DNA of 57,885 bases from contig JAEYPY010000053.1 in NCBI GenBank assembly GCA_023410295.1, positions 1 to 57,885 of the forward strand. The letters are read 5' to 3'. The stretch is from Pseudomonadota bacterium (lineage in GTDB: Bacteria > Pseudomonadota > Alphaproteobacteria > Caulobacterales > Aquidulcibacteraceae). Position numbers and translations under genes: made by a program. This document shows positions 42,268-53,581 of this stretch, in pieces (positions within the stretch are counted from its first letter, which is position 1; each line of letters starts with the position of its first letter). The notes under the pieces were generated by a model. That model was given only the letters and a program-made list of their open reading frames with translations, did no database searches and was not told the origin of the DNA.

Positions 42268-42309
42268 GGCTAGCACATGCGCCTTCGCGCCGTGCCGGGC
42301 AAGTCTAGC

Positions 42310-43356
42310 TCAGTCGCGTCCGCGCGCCGCGGCAGGCGCGGGCGCAGCTGCGGCGGCGTCGGGCTGGCCGACCGCGCCGATGCACGTACCAATGTCGCGC
42401 AGGCCATGTTGGCCAAGGCAGAACGCGTTCTCATAGCGGAAGCGCGCGGCCGACATGCATTGATAGAGCTGCAGCTGCGCCATCTCGAAGCAATCGCGCG
42501 AGCGCGGATCGGCGATGAGGCGGCTGACGGCGCTTTGGTTGGTGTCGACGGCGTCGAGCGCTTGCAGCGCAGCGACGGCGGCCATGCGGTCGAGTGCTTC
42601 GGCGCGCGTGTGGTTGGCGCGCCACTGATGCGAAGCAGGCGTCGCCGCCACTTCGACAACTTCAGAGTTGCCGCGCAGGGCATCCCAGAAGCGACGCCCG
42701 CCATAGGCGGTCGGATCCGAGCTCGGTTGCACGCTGAGCGTCGCCACCATGAGGCGCGGCGCAAGTTCGGCCGACACGGCGCTGTCCGGCGCGCCTTCGC
42801 GGCCGAGTGTGCGGACGCGCTGGACGCGGTCGTTCTGACGTGGGGCGACGGCGTTGGCCCAGCGCTGACGCTGCAGCGAGTAGGCGAGTTCCTGGTAACG
42901 ATCGGCGACGTTGATGATGCGGGCGGAGTCGGCGTTAGCCGATTCAAGCATCAGGCGAGTGGCTTCCTGGCCGCCGCGTAGGCCGCGAGCGTATGCCGGA
43001 TCGACGGTGACGGCCCAAATGACCGCATCGCGGCCGTAATATTCCGCCGCGTTGCGTACGCCTTCGACGAAGGCCGGCGACTGCGCCGCGACCTGGGCGC
43101 CATAGGCGATCCAGCCGCGGGTGAGTTCGTCGCGATTGTGACGAGCGACGCGGTCCAGGGCCTGCTCCAGCTGATCGGCGTTGCTGACCGAATCCGCACG
43201 CAGGTCTGAGACGTCGTTGTGATAGGCGGCGTAGGCGGTGACGGCGGTGCGGATGTCCGTGGGCCCGGCGTCGCCGGACTGGCCCGCAGATTGTGCGCTG
43301 GCCGCGCCCATCAGCGCGACTGCAGCCGTGGTCGTCCAAACGGCGAGGCTCCGCAT
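42310..43356 (-). CDS. Secreted hypothetical protein with C-terminal four-Cys helical region
   Basis: Signal peptide; RDCFEMAQLQLYQCMSAA...AFCLGQHG..DIGTCI. Confidence 0.8.
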   Translation of the reverse strand: MRSLAVWTTTAAVALMGAASAQSAGQSGDAGPTDIRTAVTAYAAYHNDVSDLRADSVSNADQLEQALDRVARHNRDELTRGWIAYGAQVAAQSPAFVEGVRNAAEYYGRDAVIWAVTVDPAYARGLRGGQEATRLMLESANADSARIINVADRYQELAYSLQRQRWANAVAPRQNDRVQRVRTLGREGAPDSAVSAELAPRLMVATLSVQPSSDPTAYGGRRFWDALRGNSEVVEVAATPASHQWRANHTRAEALDRMAAVAALQALDAVDTNQSAVSRLIADPRSRDCFEMAQLQLYQCMSAARFRYENAFCLGQHGLRDIGTCIGAVGQPDAAAAAPAPAAARGRD

Positions 43357-43436
43357 CGGCTCTACTCCCTCTCATCCTGATATGGCGAGTCCGCTTCCGA
43401 GTGCGACTCAGAGCGGGCAGCATGTCCGCCACCGCG

Positions 43437-43452
43437 TTAAGAAGTCTTTTAC
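43437..43452 (+). promoter_or_regulatory. Candidate CtrA binding site
   Basis: TTAA-gaagtct-TTTAC in the divergent intergenic region. Confidence 0.5.
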
Positions 43453-43469
43453 TCGCCGACAGCCTTTCC

Positions 43470-44684
43470 GTGTCAACACAACACGCAGCAACTTCCCCTG
43501 CAATAGCAGCGCCAAGCGCAGTAACCCTGTTACTGGCGTGCTGGGCGTGGCTGGTTGCGGCGCTGGCGATTGCGTTCATCGCTTACGTTAATGGCGGCGC
43601 TGCACGCGATCTTGCAGGCGCAACGGCGTTGGCGACTGCGCCGGCGTTCGCCGGCTTTGTGCTTGCGCCACGATTTGGCCACGCTGTTGCGGACGCGGGC
43701 TGGCTCGCGGTTTGGCTAACAGCGCTGACAGGTTTGATCGCGGGTACGGGCGGGGCGGCGTCGCCCTTGGTTGCGTCGCTGTTAATTGTTCCTGCTTTGG
43801 CGCTGGCGCTCGAGCGACCATGGGCGCCGGAGGCCGGCGCTGCGGCGGTGCTAGCTTATGCGCTGGCGGCGTTTGTTGCGCAGTTCGAACGCTATTCGGT
43901 CGGACCTTACGCAGAGCTTATGACCGTGGCTGCGATCGCGTTTGCGGCGGCGGTGATGGCGATCTGGCGGCGCGCGCCGCAGCGCGAGGCAGCGATGGGG
44001 CAGCGCATCGCTGAAGTTTCGCACGAATTGCGCACGCCGCTGAACCACATCCTCGGCTTCGCCGAGATGATCGAGCGTCAGATCTTCGGCGAGATCGGCG
44101 CGCGCTATGTCGAGTACGCTGCGCTAATACGCACTAGCGGCACGCACTTGCTGGGGTTGGTGAACGATCTGCTCGATCTCTCGCGCATCGAGGCGGGGCG
44201 CTATGAGCTCGAGCTGGAGACCATCGACGTGCGCAGCATTGTCGATGAAGTAGTGAGGCTTTCTGCGGACGCGGCGCAGAAGAAGAACATCGAGCTTGGC
44301 ATGGTGACGCCGGAGGCGCCGCTGATGGTGCATGCCGACGCGCGTTCAATCCGGCGCATGCTGATCAATACGCTGGGCAACGCCGTGAAGTTCACGCCCG
44401 ACGGCGGGCGCGTCATTGTGCGGGCGCGGGCCGAGGGCGGCGTGCTTCTCTTGGAGACGATCGACAACGGCCCCGGCATTCCGGAGGCCGAGCGCGCGAG
44501 GTTGGGGGTTGCCTACGAGCGCGGCTCAGGCGGGGCGCGCGCGGAGGGCACCGGGCTTGGCCTGTCGCTGGTGCGCGCGTTGGCTGCGCTGCATGGCGGC
44601 GCGCTGAGCTTTCACGATGCGCCGGGCGGCGGCGCGCTGGTGCGTATCGCGATGCCGGTGCTCGCGGGCTCTAGCGCAGTGTAA
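43470..44684 (+). CDS. divJ: Membrane histidine kinase, DivJ-like (start uncertain; 43422 possible)
   Basis: Multi-TM N-terminus; SHELRTPLN..LGF, LVNDLLDLSRIEAG, NAVKFTP, DNGPGI, GTGLGL. Confidence 0.6.
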   Translation: MSTQHAATSPAIAAPSAVTLLLACWAWLVAALAIAFIAYVNGGAARDLAGATALATAPAFAGFVLAPRFGHAVADAGWLAVWLTALTGLIAGTGGAASPLVASLLIVPALALALERPWAPEAGAAAVLAYALAAFVAQFERYSVGPYAELMTVAAIAFAAAVMAIWRRAPQREAAMGQRIAEVSHELRTPLNHILGFAEMIERQIFGEIGARYVEYAALIRTSGTHLLGLVNDLLDLSRIEAGRYELELETIDVRSIVDEVVRLSADAAQKKNIELGMVTPEAPLMVHADARSIRRMLINTLGNAVKFTPDGGRVIVRARAEGGVLLLETIDNGPGIPEAERARLGVAYERGSGGARAEGTGLGLSLVRALAALHGGALSFHDAPGGGALVRIAMPVLAGSSAV

Positions 44685-45519
44685 GAAACGCGCGCGCGGC
44701 GGCGATGTCGCCGACTTCGATGTAGAGGGTTTGCGCGCCGCGCGCCGTGGCGAGGCGCACGGCAATGCTTTCGCGCGGATCGAGCGCGAGCAGATCGCGG
44801 AAGGCGCTGTCGGGGAAGGTGAAGACCGCTTGCGAGCGGCCTTGGTCGAGGCGTTCTATGGCGCGCGTTGAAGGAATGTCGGTTGCAGCGTTCGGCGGCG
44901 GCGCGCCAGCGGCAAGGCCATAGGCGACGCGTTGCGGCAGCGTCACTTCGATGGCGCTGACGCGGCTTGCGTCGCGCATGGTCAGCGTCGCGCTGCGCGG
45001 GCCGGTTTCGCCGCGCGCGATGGGCACGATCAGTGCGAGACGCTGCGTGTCGCCGACTTGGCGCACGCCGAAGACGGCGGTGAGCGGTGCGTCGATGGCT
45101 TGGCTCAGGCGCCAGGTCGGGCCAGACGCGGCGGTGCGGCGCGCGATCCAGCTGCGCTCCCAGCCGGGAAACTCCATCGTGCCGGCATTGACCCAGCTGG
45201 CAAAGGCGCTGCGCGCATCGGCGGCGGCCGTGAGCGTGCGTTGATCGCTGCAAGCGCGGGCGCGCGCGGCGGAGACGGCAGCGGCTTCCAGTTCGCGCGT
45301 TTGCGCGCTGCTCCAACCCGCGCGCAGCAAAGCGCCCCGGGCTTGGGCGGCGCCGACCTGAAGGGCGCCGCGCAGCGAGGGGGTAAAGAGTTGGCAAGCG
45401 GTATCGGCTTCCAAGAGGCCGCGGCGTTCGACATAGGCTTCACGCGCGTTCGGCGGATCGGCCGAAGTGGCGCTGGCGCAAAGAAGCGCGAAGGCGGCGG
45501 AAAGGAAGATGAGGCGCAT
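44671..45519 (-). CDS. Secreted hypothetical protein
   Basis: Signal peptide MRLIFLSAAFALLCASATSA; LDPRE and EVGDIAAARAFL near the C-terminus. Confidence 0.75.
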   Translation of the reverse strand: MRLIFLSAAFALLCASATSADPPNAREAYVERRGLLEADTACQLFTPSLRGALQVGAAQARGALLRAGWSSAQTRELEAAAVSAARARACSDQRTLTAAADARSAFASWVNAGTMEFPGWERSWIARRTAASGPTWRLSQAIDAPLTAVFGVRQVGDTQRLALIVPIARGETGPRSATLTMRDASRVSAIEVTLPQRVAYGLAAGAPPPNAATDIPSTRAIERLDQGRSQAVFTFPDSAFRDLLALDPRESIAVRLATARGAQTLYIEVGDIAAARAFLTLR

Positions 45520-45577
45520 GCGAGCGGCAAAGGTTAAGCTCACCGGTGTTGCCTTCTGGTGAACGGCCCGGTGCGAC

Positions 45578-45925
45578 ATGGATGAGCTGAAGACAGATTT
45601 TTGGGCCTCGGCGCTGCTGCGGCGGGCGGCGGTGGGCGGCGCTTTCGGGGCGGTGGTGCGCAAGGGCGACACCGACGCCGGCGCGGTGCTGGTGAAGGTG
45701 GCCACGCTGGACGGCCGTGCGCGGCTTTACGCGCCGGCGCGAAATGGCGACAGCGAGCGCATTTTTTTGGACCTTTCCGCGGGTCAGTTGGGCGAGGATG
45801 AGCGGGATGTGGACGCCTACGTGCGCAAGCGCGCCGAGACCGATCCTGATCTCTGGGTGATCGAGATCGAGGACCGGCACGGGCGCCATTTCCTAATGGA
45901 GCCGGTCGATAGCGGCGGCCGGTAG
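45578..45925 (+). CDS. DUF1491 family protein
   Basis: LKTDFWASALLRR, RKGDTDAGAVLVK, DPDLWVIEIEDRHGRH. Confidence 0.88.
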   Translation: MDELKTDFWASALLRRAAVGGAFGAVVRKGDTDAGAVLVKVATLDGRARLYAPARNGDSERIFLDLSAGQLGEDERDVDAYVRKRAETDPDLWVIEIEDRHGRHFLMEPVDSGGR

Positions 45926-45990
45926 CCCCGCCGGTTGCCCTTGGGCGGCGCACAGCGTAAACGCGCCGCTTCGCCAAACCTCCAGGTTCC

Positions 45991-47618
<1,628 letters not shown>

Positions 47619-47622
<4 letters not shown>

Positions 47623-48692
47623 GCCGCTTTGCGCACCTTCAAGAAGCGCATGGCGCGCTGTGCGGCTTCCACTGGCACCGAATTGTAGAGCCGACCGAAC
47701 TCCTCGGCTTTGTCCATCGCGGTTTCGCCGCCGCAGGTGAGCACGGCGAGCGTCACGAACAGCGGGCGCTCGATGTTCGAGGCGCGGCAGATCATGGCGA
47801 GGCCGTCAATATCCTGACGTTCGAGGATGTTTGCGACTGTCTCGTGATCGAGATGAGTGATCTCGGCCAGGCCGTACAGAAAGTGCATGCGCTTGGCTTC
47901 ACGGTAGAGCGAGACGAGCAGGCGCGCGTTGAGTTCGCCATTGTTCTTCTTCGATTGGATGAAGGACATCGCATTGCGCGCTTCGGCGCTCAAATCACCA
48001 ACGGCGCGGTTGAGGCGTTCGCGCGCCTTCGAGAGCGCGGCGTCCAGTGTGGCGGCGTCGACGGATGCGTTGCGCTGCAGAATCTGATCGCGCAGGCGCG
48101 ACTCCACGACGAAGTACATTTCGTTGAGGAGGTCGAGCGGCAAGTCGCGGCGCGTGACGACGGCTTCGTGCAGGAGTGCATTGCGGCGGGCGCGGTCGAC
48201 AGCAGCTTCCATGCTGGTGCGCGAAACGCTCGCGGTTTCGTTGCGCATCAGCGCGTCGAGCGCCTGATCGTCGCCGAAGCGGACGATGGCGTCGGAAAGC
48301 GTTTCGCTGACGTGTTCGCGCTGGGCGACAGCGGCGATGTGCTGCTGGCTCTGATAATTGATGATTTGCAGCAGGGTTTGTTCGTCGAGCACTTTGCTCT
48401 CGCGCAGCACCGGGCCAGCGACTTCGAACGAATGGTTGGCGAGATCGCGCATGAGACCGACGGGCGCGTCCTCGGCGCCGGCGAAGCGCTCGGCCAATTC
48501 GGCCAGAACCCCCTCCTGCATCTCGGCGGCGACCAACTGCAGCACGTCGCCGAAGAGGGCGTCTTCGCGTTCGTTGCGGATGCCGGATGTGGCGAAGAAC
48601 ATGTCGGTGACTTCGCGCAACAACTCACGGCGTTTCTCGCTGTCGGTGGTGCGCGCTAGGTCGAGGAGCTTCGCGAACTGGGATTGTGACAT
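47619..48692 (-). CDS. DUF2336 domain protein
   Basis: RRELLREVTDMF, EVAGPVLRESKVL, AVAQREHVSETLSDAIV; ends KAA. Confidence 0.85.
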
Positions 48693-48757
48693 GCCGAACG
48701 GGCTCCAGAATCAGGCGAAAGCTACTGCAGATTGAGTTAACAAAAGCTGCGTTGGGA

Positions 48758-49198
48758 TTAGTGCGGGGCGCTGATCTGCCGCCGCAAATCGTCCTCCTCG
48801 GGCCCGCCGAGCAGCACCAGCGCGCCATCTTCCGTGGGCGCGGATTCGAGCGCCGGCGGCGCGGGCGGCGTTAGCGTTTGCACGGGCGGCGGCTCGATAG
48901 CGGCCAGCATTTGAGGCGGCGGCGGCGGCGGCGCGCTGAGCGCGCGCATCTGCGCGAAAGCGGGCGCGCGAGGTGAAAGGCCGAAGGCGGCGGCGTCCGC
49001 GGGCGCGGCTGTCGGCACGTTGGCGGCGAGTTCGCAGGCGTTTTCGGCGCGGTAGGTCCAGGCCATGCAGATGCCGTCTTCGGCGCAGGCGCGGGCACAA
49101 GCGGCGGCGTCGCGGGCGGCCATGCGCGTGTAGGCGCCGGCTGGGGATGCGGCGAAGGCGGCGCAGATGACGATGAGCGGCGTGATGAGGCGAAGCAT
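48758..49198 (-). CDS. Secreted PAN/apple-like domain protein with Pro-rich tail
   Basis: Signal peptide; ACARACAEDGICMAWTY....CEL Cys pattern. Confidence 0.7.
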   Translation of the reverse strand: MLRLITPLIVICAAFAASPAGAYTRMAARDAAACARACAEDGICMAWTYRAENACELAANVPTAAPADAAAFGLSPRAPAFAQMRALSAPPPPPPQMLAAIEPPPVQTLTPPAPPALESAPTEDGALVLLGGPEEDDLRRQISAPH

Positions 49199-49235
49199 GC
49201 GCGGGAGGCTGCACGCGCGTTGGTTAACAGAGGAT

Positions 49236-51065
49236 TCACTCCTCGGCGGTGAGCGCCTCGCGCTTGAGCTCAATTTCCAGCCACTCGGCTTCGGCGTCAG
49301 CCTGCTGTGCGCGCGCGGCTTCGAGACGAGCGGCGGCGGTTTCGAAAGCAGCCGGATCGCGGCTGAAGAGATCGTGTTCGGCCAAGGTAGCTTCGAGCGC
49401 TTGGATTTCGCCTTGCAGTTTCGGCAATAGCGCGTCGATCTCGGCGGCGCGGCGTTCGTCCTTGTAGCCAAGCTTCGTGGCCTTGCGCGGCGCCGTTGGC
49501 GCCGGCCTAGCGGGTGTTTGCGTCGGGGCGCGCGCACGCGGACGCACGCCGCCATACTCGCGCTCGAAATCGGACCAGCCGCCAGGGGTTTCGACCCAGC
49601 GGCCATCGCCGATCGGGCCGACCACTTGCGTGGCGACACCATCGAGGAAGGCGCGGTCGTGGCTGACGATCAGCACCGTGCCGTCATAGGCGGCGAGCAT
49701 GTCCTCGAGCGCATCGAGCGTATCCATGTCGAGGTCGTTGGTGGGCTCGTCGAGCACGAGCAGATTGGCGGGCCGTGCGAGCGCAACGGCCAGCGCGAGA
49801 CGGTTGCGTTCGCCGCCGGAAAGCGCGGCGATAGGCTGGCGCAGCTGCGCGGAGGTGAAGAGGAAATCGCCCGCATACGCGGCAACGTGCCTTGGCCTGC
49901 CGTGCACCACGACTTGATCGCCGCCCAGCGGCGCCAAGGCGCTCCAGATCGTCTCGTTCGGATCGAGGATGGCGCGTGACTGATCGACGTAAGCGATCTC
50001 AAGATTGCCGCCGAGGCGTACATCGCCGGAATCCGGCTCGCGCTGCTTGAGTAAAAGTTCGAGCAGCGTGGTTTTGCCGGCGCCGTTCGGGCCGACAACG
50101 CCGACGCGGTCGCCGCGCATGATGCGCAGCGAGAAGTCGGCGATGATCGAACGATCGCCATAGCTCTTTGAAATACGCTTGGCGTCGATGACGAGGCGCG
50201 AGGAATCCGCGCCCTTCTCCGCTTGCAGCGCCGCCTTTGGGGAAGCTGAGAGCGCTTTGCGCTCGCGCCGCTCGCTGCGCATGGACTCAAGACGCCGGCG
50301 GCGGCCTTCGTTGCGGGAGCGCCGGGCGGTGACGCCGCGACGGAGCCAATGTTCTTCGGCTTTGAGGTGCGTTTCGAGACGCGCGGCGACGCGTTCTTCC
50401 TCAGCTTCGATGCGCTCAGCCCAGTCTTCGAAACGCGCGAAGCCGGCATCGAGCGTCAGTACGCGGCGCTGGCGCAACCAGAGCGTGGCGTCGGTGACGC
50501 GTTCTAGGAAGCGCCGGTCGTGGCTGACGATGAGGCAGGCGCCGTTGAAACTCGCGATGCGTTGTTCGAGCGCTTCGATGGCGGCGATGTCGAGGTGGTT
50601 GGTCGGCTCATCGAGCAGCAGCACGTCCGGCTCGGCCGCGAAGGCGCGGGCGAGTGAAGCGCGGCGGGTCTCGCCGCCGGAAAGGCCGGATGGCGCGCGG
50701 TCGGGGTCGAGGCCGGCGAGATGGAGTTCGGCTTCGGCGGCGTGTTCGGCAATGGAGCGGTCGCTGCCGGCGCGCGACACCGACGGCGCACGCGCATAGT
50801 CGCGCAGTGTCGCGAACGCGGCCAGATCCGGCTCCTGGCGCGCAAGCGCGACCACGGCGCCGGAGGCGTAGGCGATCTCGCCGCTGTCGCTTTCGGCGAG
50901 GCCCGCGAGCATGCGGATGAGCGTCGACTTGCCAGCGCCATTGGCGCCGATCAGTGCTGCGCACTCGCCCTTGTGCAGCGTAAAGGAGACGCCTTCGAAC
51001 AAGGGCGCGCCGCCGAGCGACAGACGCAAATCCTTGACGTGAACAAGCGCAGGCCCCCGTGCCAT
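49236..51065 (-). CDS. uup: ABC-F family ATPase (Uup-like)
   Basis: Two NBDs ([27 protein letters not shown]), [13 protein letters not shown]-terminal coiled coil. Confidence 0.88.
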   Translation of the reverse strand: MARGPALVHVKDLRLSLGGAPLFEGVSFTLHKGECAALIGANGAGKSTLIRMLAGLAESDSGEIAYASGAVVALARQEPDLAAFATLRDYARAPSVSRAGSDRSIAEHAAEAELHLAGLDPDRAPSGLSGGETRRASLARAFAAEPDVLLLDEPTNHLDIAAIEALEQRIASFNGACLIVSHDRRFLERVTDATLWLRQRRVLTLDAGFARFEDWAERIEAEEERVAARLETHLKAEEHWLRRGVTARRSRNEGRRRRLESMRSERRERKALSASPKAALQAEKGADSSRLVIDAKRISKSYGDRSIIADFSLRIMRGDRVGVVGPNGAGKTTLLELLLKQREPDSGDVRLGGNLEIAYVDQSRAILDPNETIWSALAPLGGDQVVVHGRPRHVAAYAGDFLFTSAQLRQPIAALSGGERNRLALAVALARPANLLVLDEPTNDLDMDTLDALEDMLAAYDGTVLIVSHDRAFLDGVATQVVGPIGDGRWVETPGGWSDFEREYGGVRPRARAPTQTPARPAPTAPRKATKLGYKDERRAAEIDALLPKLQGEIQALEATLAEHDLFSRDPAAFETAAARLEAARAQQADAEAEWLEIELKREALTAEE

Positions 51066-51070
51066 CGGCG

Positions 51071-53092
51071 CTAGTTGAAGATGTCTTGGATGACTTGGCC
51101 GAGACTTTGCGGCTCACCATCGCCGAAGGCATTGGCGAGATCGTCGAAGAAGGTCGCTTTCTCTTCTTCGATCGGCGAACGCACTGGCTGTTCGATGCCC
51201 GGCAGCGGGTGGTTCTCCACGCCCTCGTGCGCGACGCGCATCGAGTCGGCCCAGATTTGCGCCGGCAGCGTGCCGCCTGTGGTGCGGCCCATCGAAGTGA
51301 AGTCGTCGTGGCCAACCCAGACGCCGGCGGTGTAGTCGGCGGTGTAGCCGACGAACCAGGCGTCGCGCCAATCGGAGCTAGTGCCGGTCTTGCCGGCGAC
51401 GTCGCGATTGCCGAGCGCTGCGCCCGTGCCGGTGCCGCGGATGACGACAGCGCCCATCATGCTGGTCATGCGATGGACCACATCGGGATCGAGCACGCGC
51501 GGCGCCTCATACGGCGGGCGGCGATAGAGTTCTTGGCCCGCCGAATTGGAGACGCTGCGGATGATGTGCGGATCGATGCGGCGCCCTTCATTCATGAAAA
51601 CGGCGAACGAGGAGGTCATGTCCCAAAGCGTCGTCTCGATCGAGCCTAGCGCGATGGAGGGCGGCACGAATGCGTTGCGTTCAGGCATCGTTGTGATGCC
51701 GAGGCGCGAGGCGACATCGGCCACCCGGCGCGGGCCGACTTCGGCGGCGACGCTGGCGGCGACGGTGTTGATGGATTGGGCCATAGCAGTGCGCAAGGTG
51801 ACAGCGCCGCGATAGCCTTCGTCATAATTGCGCGGCCGCCAGCCATCGATGACGACAGGCTCGTCGTAGCGGACGTCTTCGGTATCCAGCCCCGCTTCAA
51901 GCGCCGCGGTGTAAACGAACGTCTTGAATGTCGAGCCCGGTTGGCGCCGGGCTTGGGTCACGCGGTTGAACTTCGACTCGCCATAATCCGTCCCGCCGAC
52001 GAGGGCGACGATCTCGCCTTGGCGGTTGACGGCCATGTAAGCGGCCTGCAGGGGCCGGCGTCCGAAGGCGCGATTGCCGAGGCGGCGACGGATCGAATTG
52101 GCGGCGGCGTCCTGGACGTCGCGCTCGATCGTCATCTGGATGACGAGGTCCGGGGTTTCACGGCCGACAGCGTTTCGCGCCTGTTCGACAGCGAGATCGA
52201 AGGCGTAGCCGAGCGAACGCTCGGTGTTCGGGCGTTCAACGACGCGGATTTCCTCCGCGCGCGCTTCGTCGCGCTGTTCAGGCGTGATGAAGCCAGCTTC
52301 GACCATCGCCTCCAGCACTACGCGTTGACGCGCTGTGGCGCGTTCAAGGCTTTCGGTAGGCGCCGAGCGTGAGGGCGCTTTGGGTAGGCCGGCCAGCATG
52401 GCCGCTTCGGCCAGCGTCAGTTCGCTCGCCGGCTTGCCGAAGAAGCGGCGCGCGGCGGCGTCAACGCCGTAGGCCTGGTCGCCGAGATAGACGCGGTTGA
52501 GATAGAGCTCGAGAATCTCGTCCTTGGTCAGACGCCGCTCGATGCGCGAGGCCAGCACCATTTCGCGCAGCTTGCGGTTGATGGTTTGCGCTGGCGTAAG
52601 GAAGAGATTGCGCGAGAGCTGCTGCGTGATGGTCGAGCCGCCCTGCACGGTTTCGCCGGCGCGGAGGTTGGCGAGCAGCGCGCGGAAGATCGCCATCCGG
52701 TCGACGCCCTCGTGTTGGTAGAATCGCCGGTCCTCGATGGCGAGGAACGCCTGCGGCACATAGTCTGGTAGTTCGGCCAGCTGCGTGCGCCGGCCATAGA
52801 AAGGCCCGCGCGTGCCGAGAATCTGACCCTCGGAATCCACGAACGTGATCGAGGGCTGACGGTTGAGCGCCCAGAGCGTGTCGGCGTCCGGCACGCGCGG
52901 CAGACCCCAATATATCCACACCCAGAGTCCCAGCACGGCCAGAAGGACGAAACCGGCGGCAAAACTCGCCGCCCGCCGCCAAGTAAAGCGCGAGCGTTCG
53001 CTCAGCATCTGCGCGATCTGTTGCTGGGCGGCGGCAGCACGAAGCTTCGCCCAGTCGATGCCGCGGCGAAAATCAGGCGGTTCGTTCGGCAA
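51071..53092 (-). CDS. Class A penicillin-binding protein (PBP1A family); start uncertain
   Basis: EDRRFYQH, GGSTITQQL, RKLRE, STFK, SIN, KTG; TTG start with GGAG SD chosen. Confidence 0.92.
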   Translation of the reverse strand: MPNEPPDFRRGIDWAKLRAAAAQQQIAQMLSERSRFTWRRAASFAAGFVLLAVLGLWVWIYWGLPRVPDADTLWALNRQPSITFVDSEGQILGTRGPFYGRRTQLAELPDYVPQAFLAIEDRRFYQHEGVDRMAIFRALLANLRAGETVQGGSTITQQLSRNLFLTPAQTINRKLREMVLASRIERRLTKDEILELYLNRVYLGDQAYGVDAAARRFFGKPASELTLAEAAMLAGLPKAPSRSAPTESLERATARQRVVLEAMVEAGFITPEQRDEARAEEIRVVERPNTERSLGYAFDLAVEQARNAVGRETPDLVIQMTIERDVQDAAANSIRRRLGNRAFGRRPLQAAYMAVNRQGEIVALVGGTDYGESKFNRVTQARRQPGSTFKTFVYTAALEAGLDTEDVRYDEPVVIDGWRPRNYDEGYRGAVTLRTAMAQSINTVAASVAAEVGPRRVADVASRLGITTMPERNAFVPPSIALGSIETTLWDMTSSFAVFMNEGRRIDPHIIRSVSNSAGQELYRRPPYEAPRVLDPDVVHRMTSMMGAVVIRGTGTGAALGNRDVAGKTGTSSDWRDAWFVGYTADYTAGVWVGHDDFTSMGRTTGGTLPAQIWADSMRVAHEGVENHPLPGIEQPVRSPIEEEKATFFDDLANAFGDGEPQSLGQVIQDIFN

Positions 53093-53293
53093 AGATGACT
53101 CCGGAGCGGTGTGTCCAATAAGGGTATGGCCGAATTCTGGCCATGGGAAACGCGGATAGCGCCCCTGCGTATCCCTCAACCGTACGCCTCAAAGCACAGA
53201 TTCGGGGCGACTTCTTGAAAATCAATCCGACCGACCCGGCGCTGAGGTAGCGTTCAGGCACGGTCGAGATGGCAGGACGGAAGGAGGCGAACG

Positions 53294-53581
53294 GTGACGG
53301 AGGCGGCGGAGCCGCTGCGCGCGCTGCTGCAGGCGGCGCTGGCGCTGGCCGACAGCGACGCGGCGGAAGCGGAACGGCGCGCGAAGGCCGTTTCGGCTCT
53401 GGTCCGAGCCACGCGGGAGGTGGCTGAGCTGGAGGCGGCGACCGGCGCGTCATCGTGGGAAGATGAAGAAGCTAAGCGCGCCGAACTGCGTCGCCGCATC
53501 GCCGTTTTTGCGCAAGCAGATCTTGATGATGCTCCAGCTGGGGTTGTTGAGTGGCTCGGACGCGGAAATCCTGCTGTCTGA
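53294..53581 (+). CDS. Putative GTA small terminase / first gene of the GTA cluster
   Basis: AAGGAGG SD, helical 95 aa ORF overlapping the large terminase start; call is positional. Confidence 0.6.
   Translation: MTEAAEPLRALLQAALALADSDAAEAERRAKAVSALVRATREVAELEAATGASSWEDEEAKRAELRRRIAVFAQADLDDAPAGVVEWLGRGNPAV

Noticed and set aside
49199..49642. 5' extension of the PAN-domain ORF
   Set aside because: Overlaps the uup C-terminus; the signal peptide begins at ATG 49198
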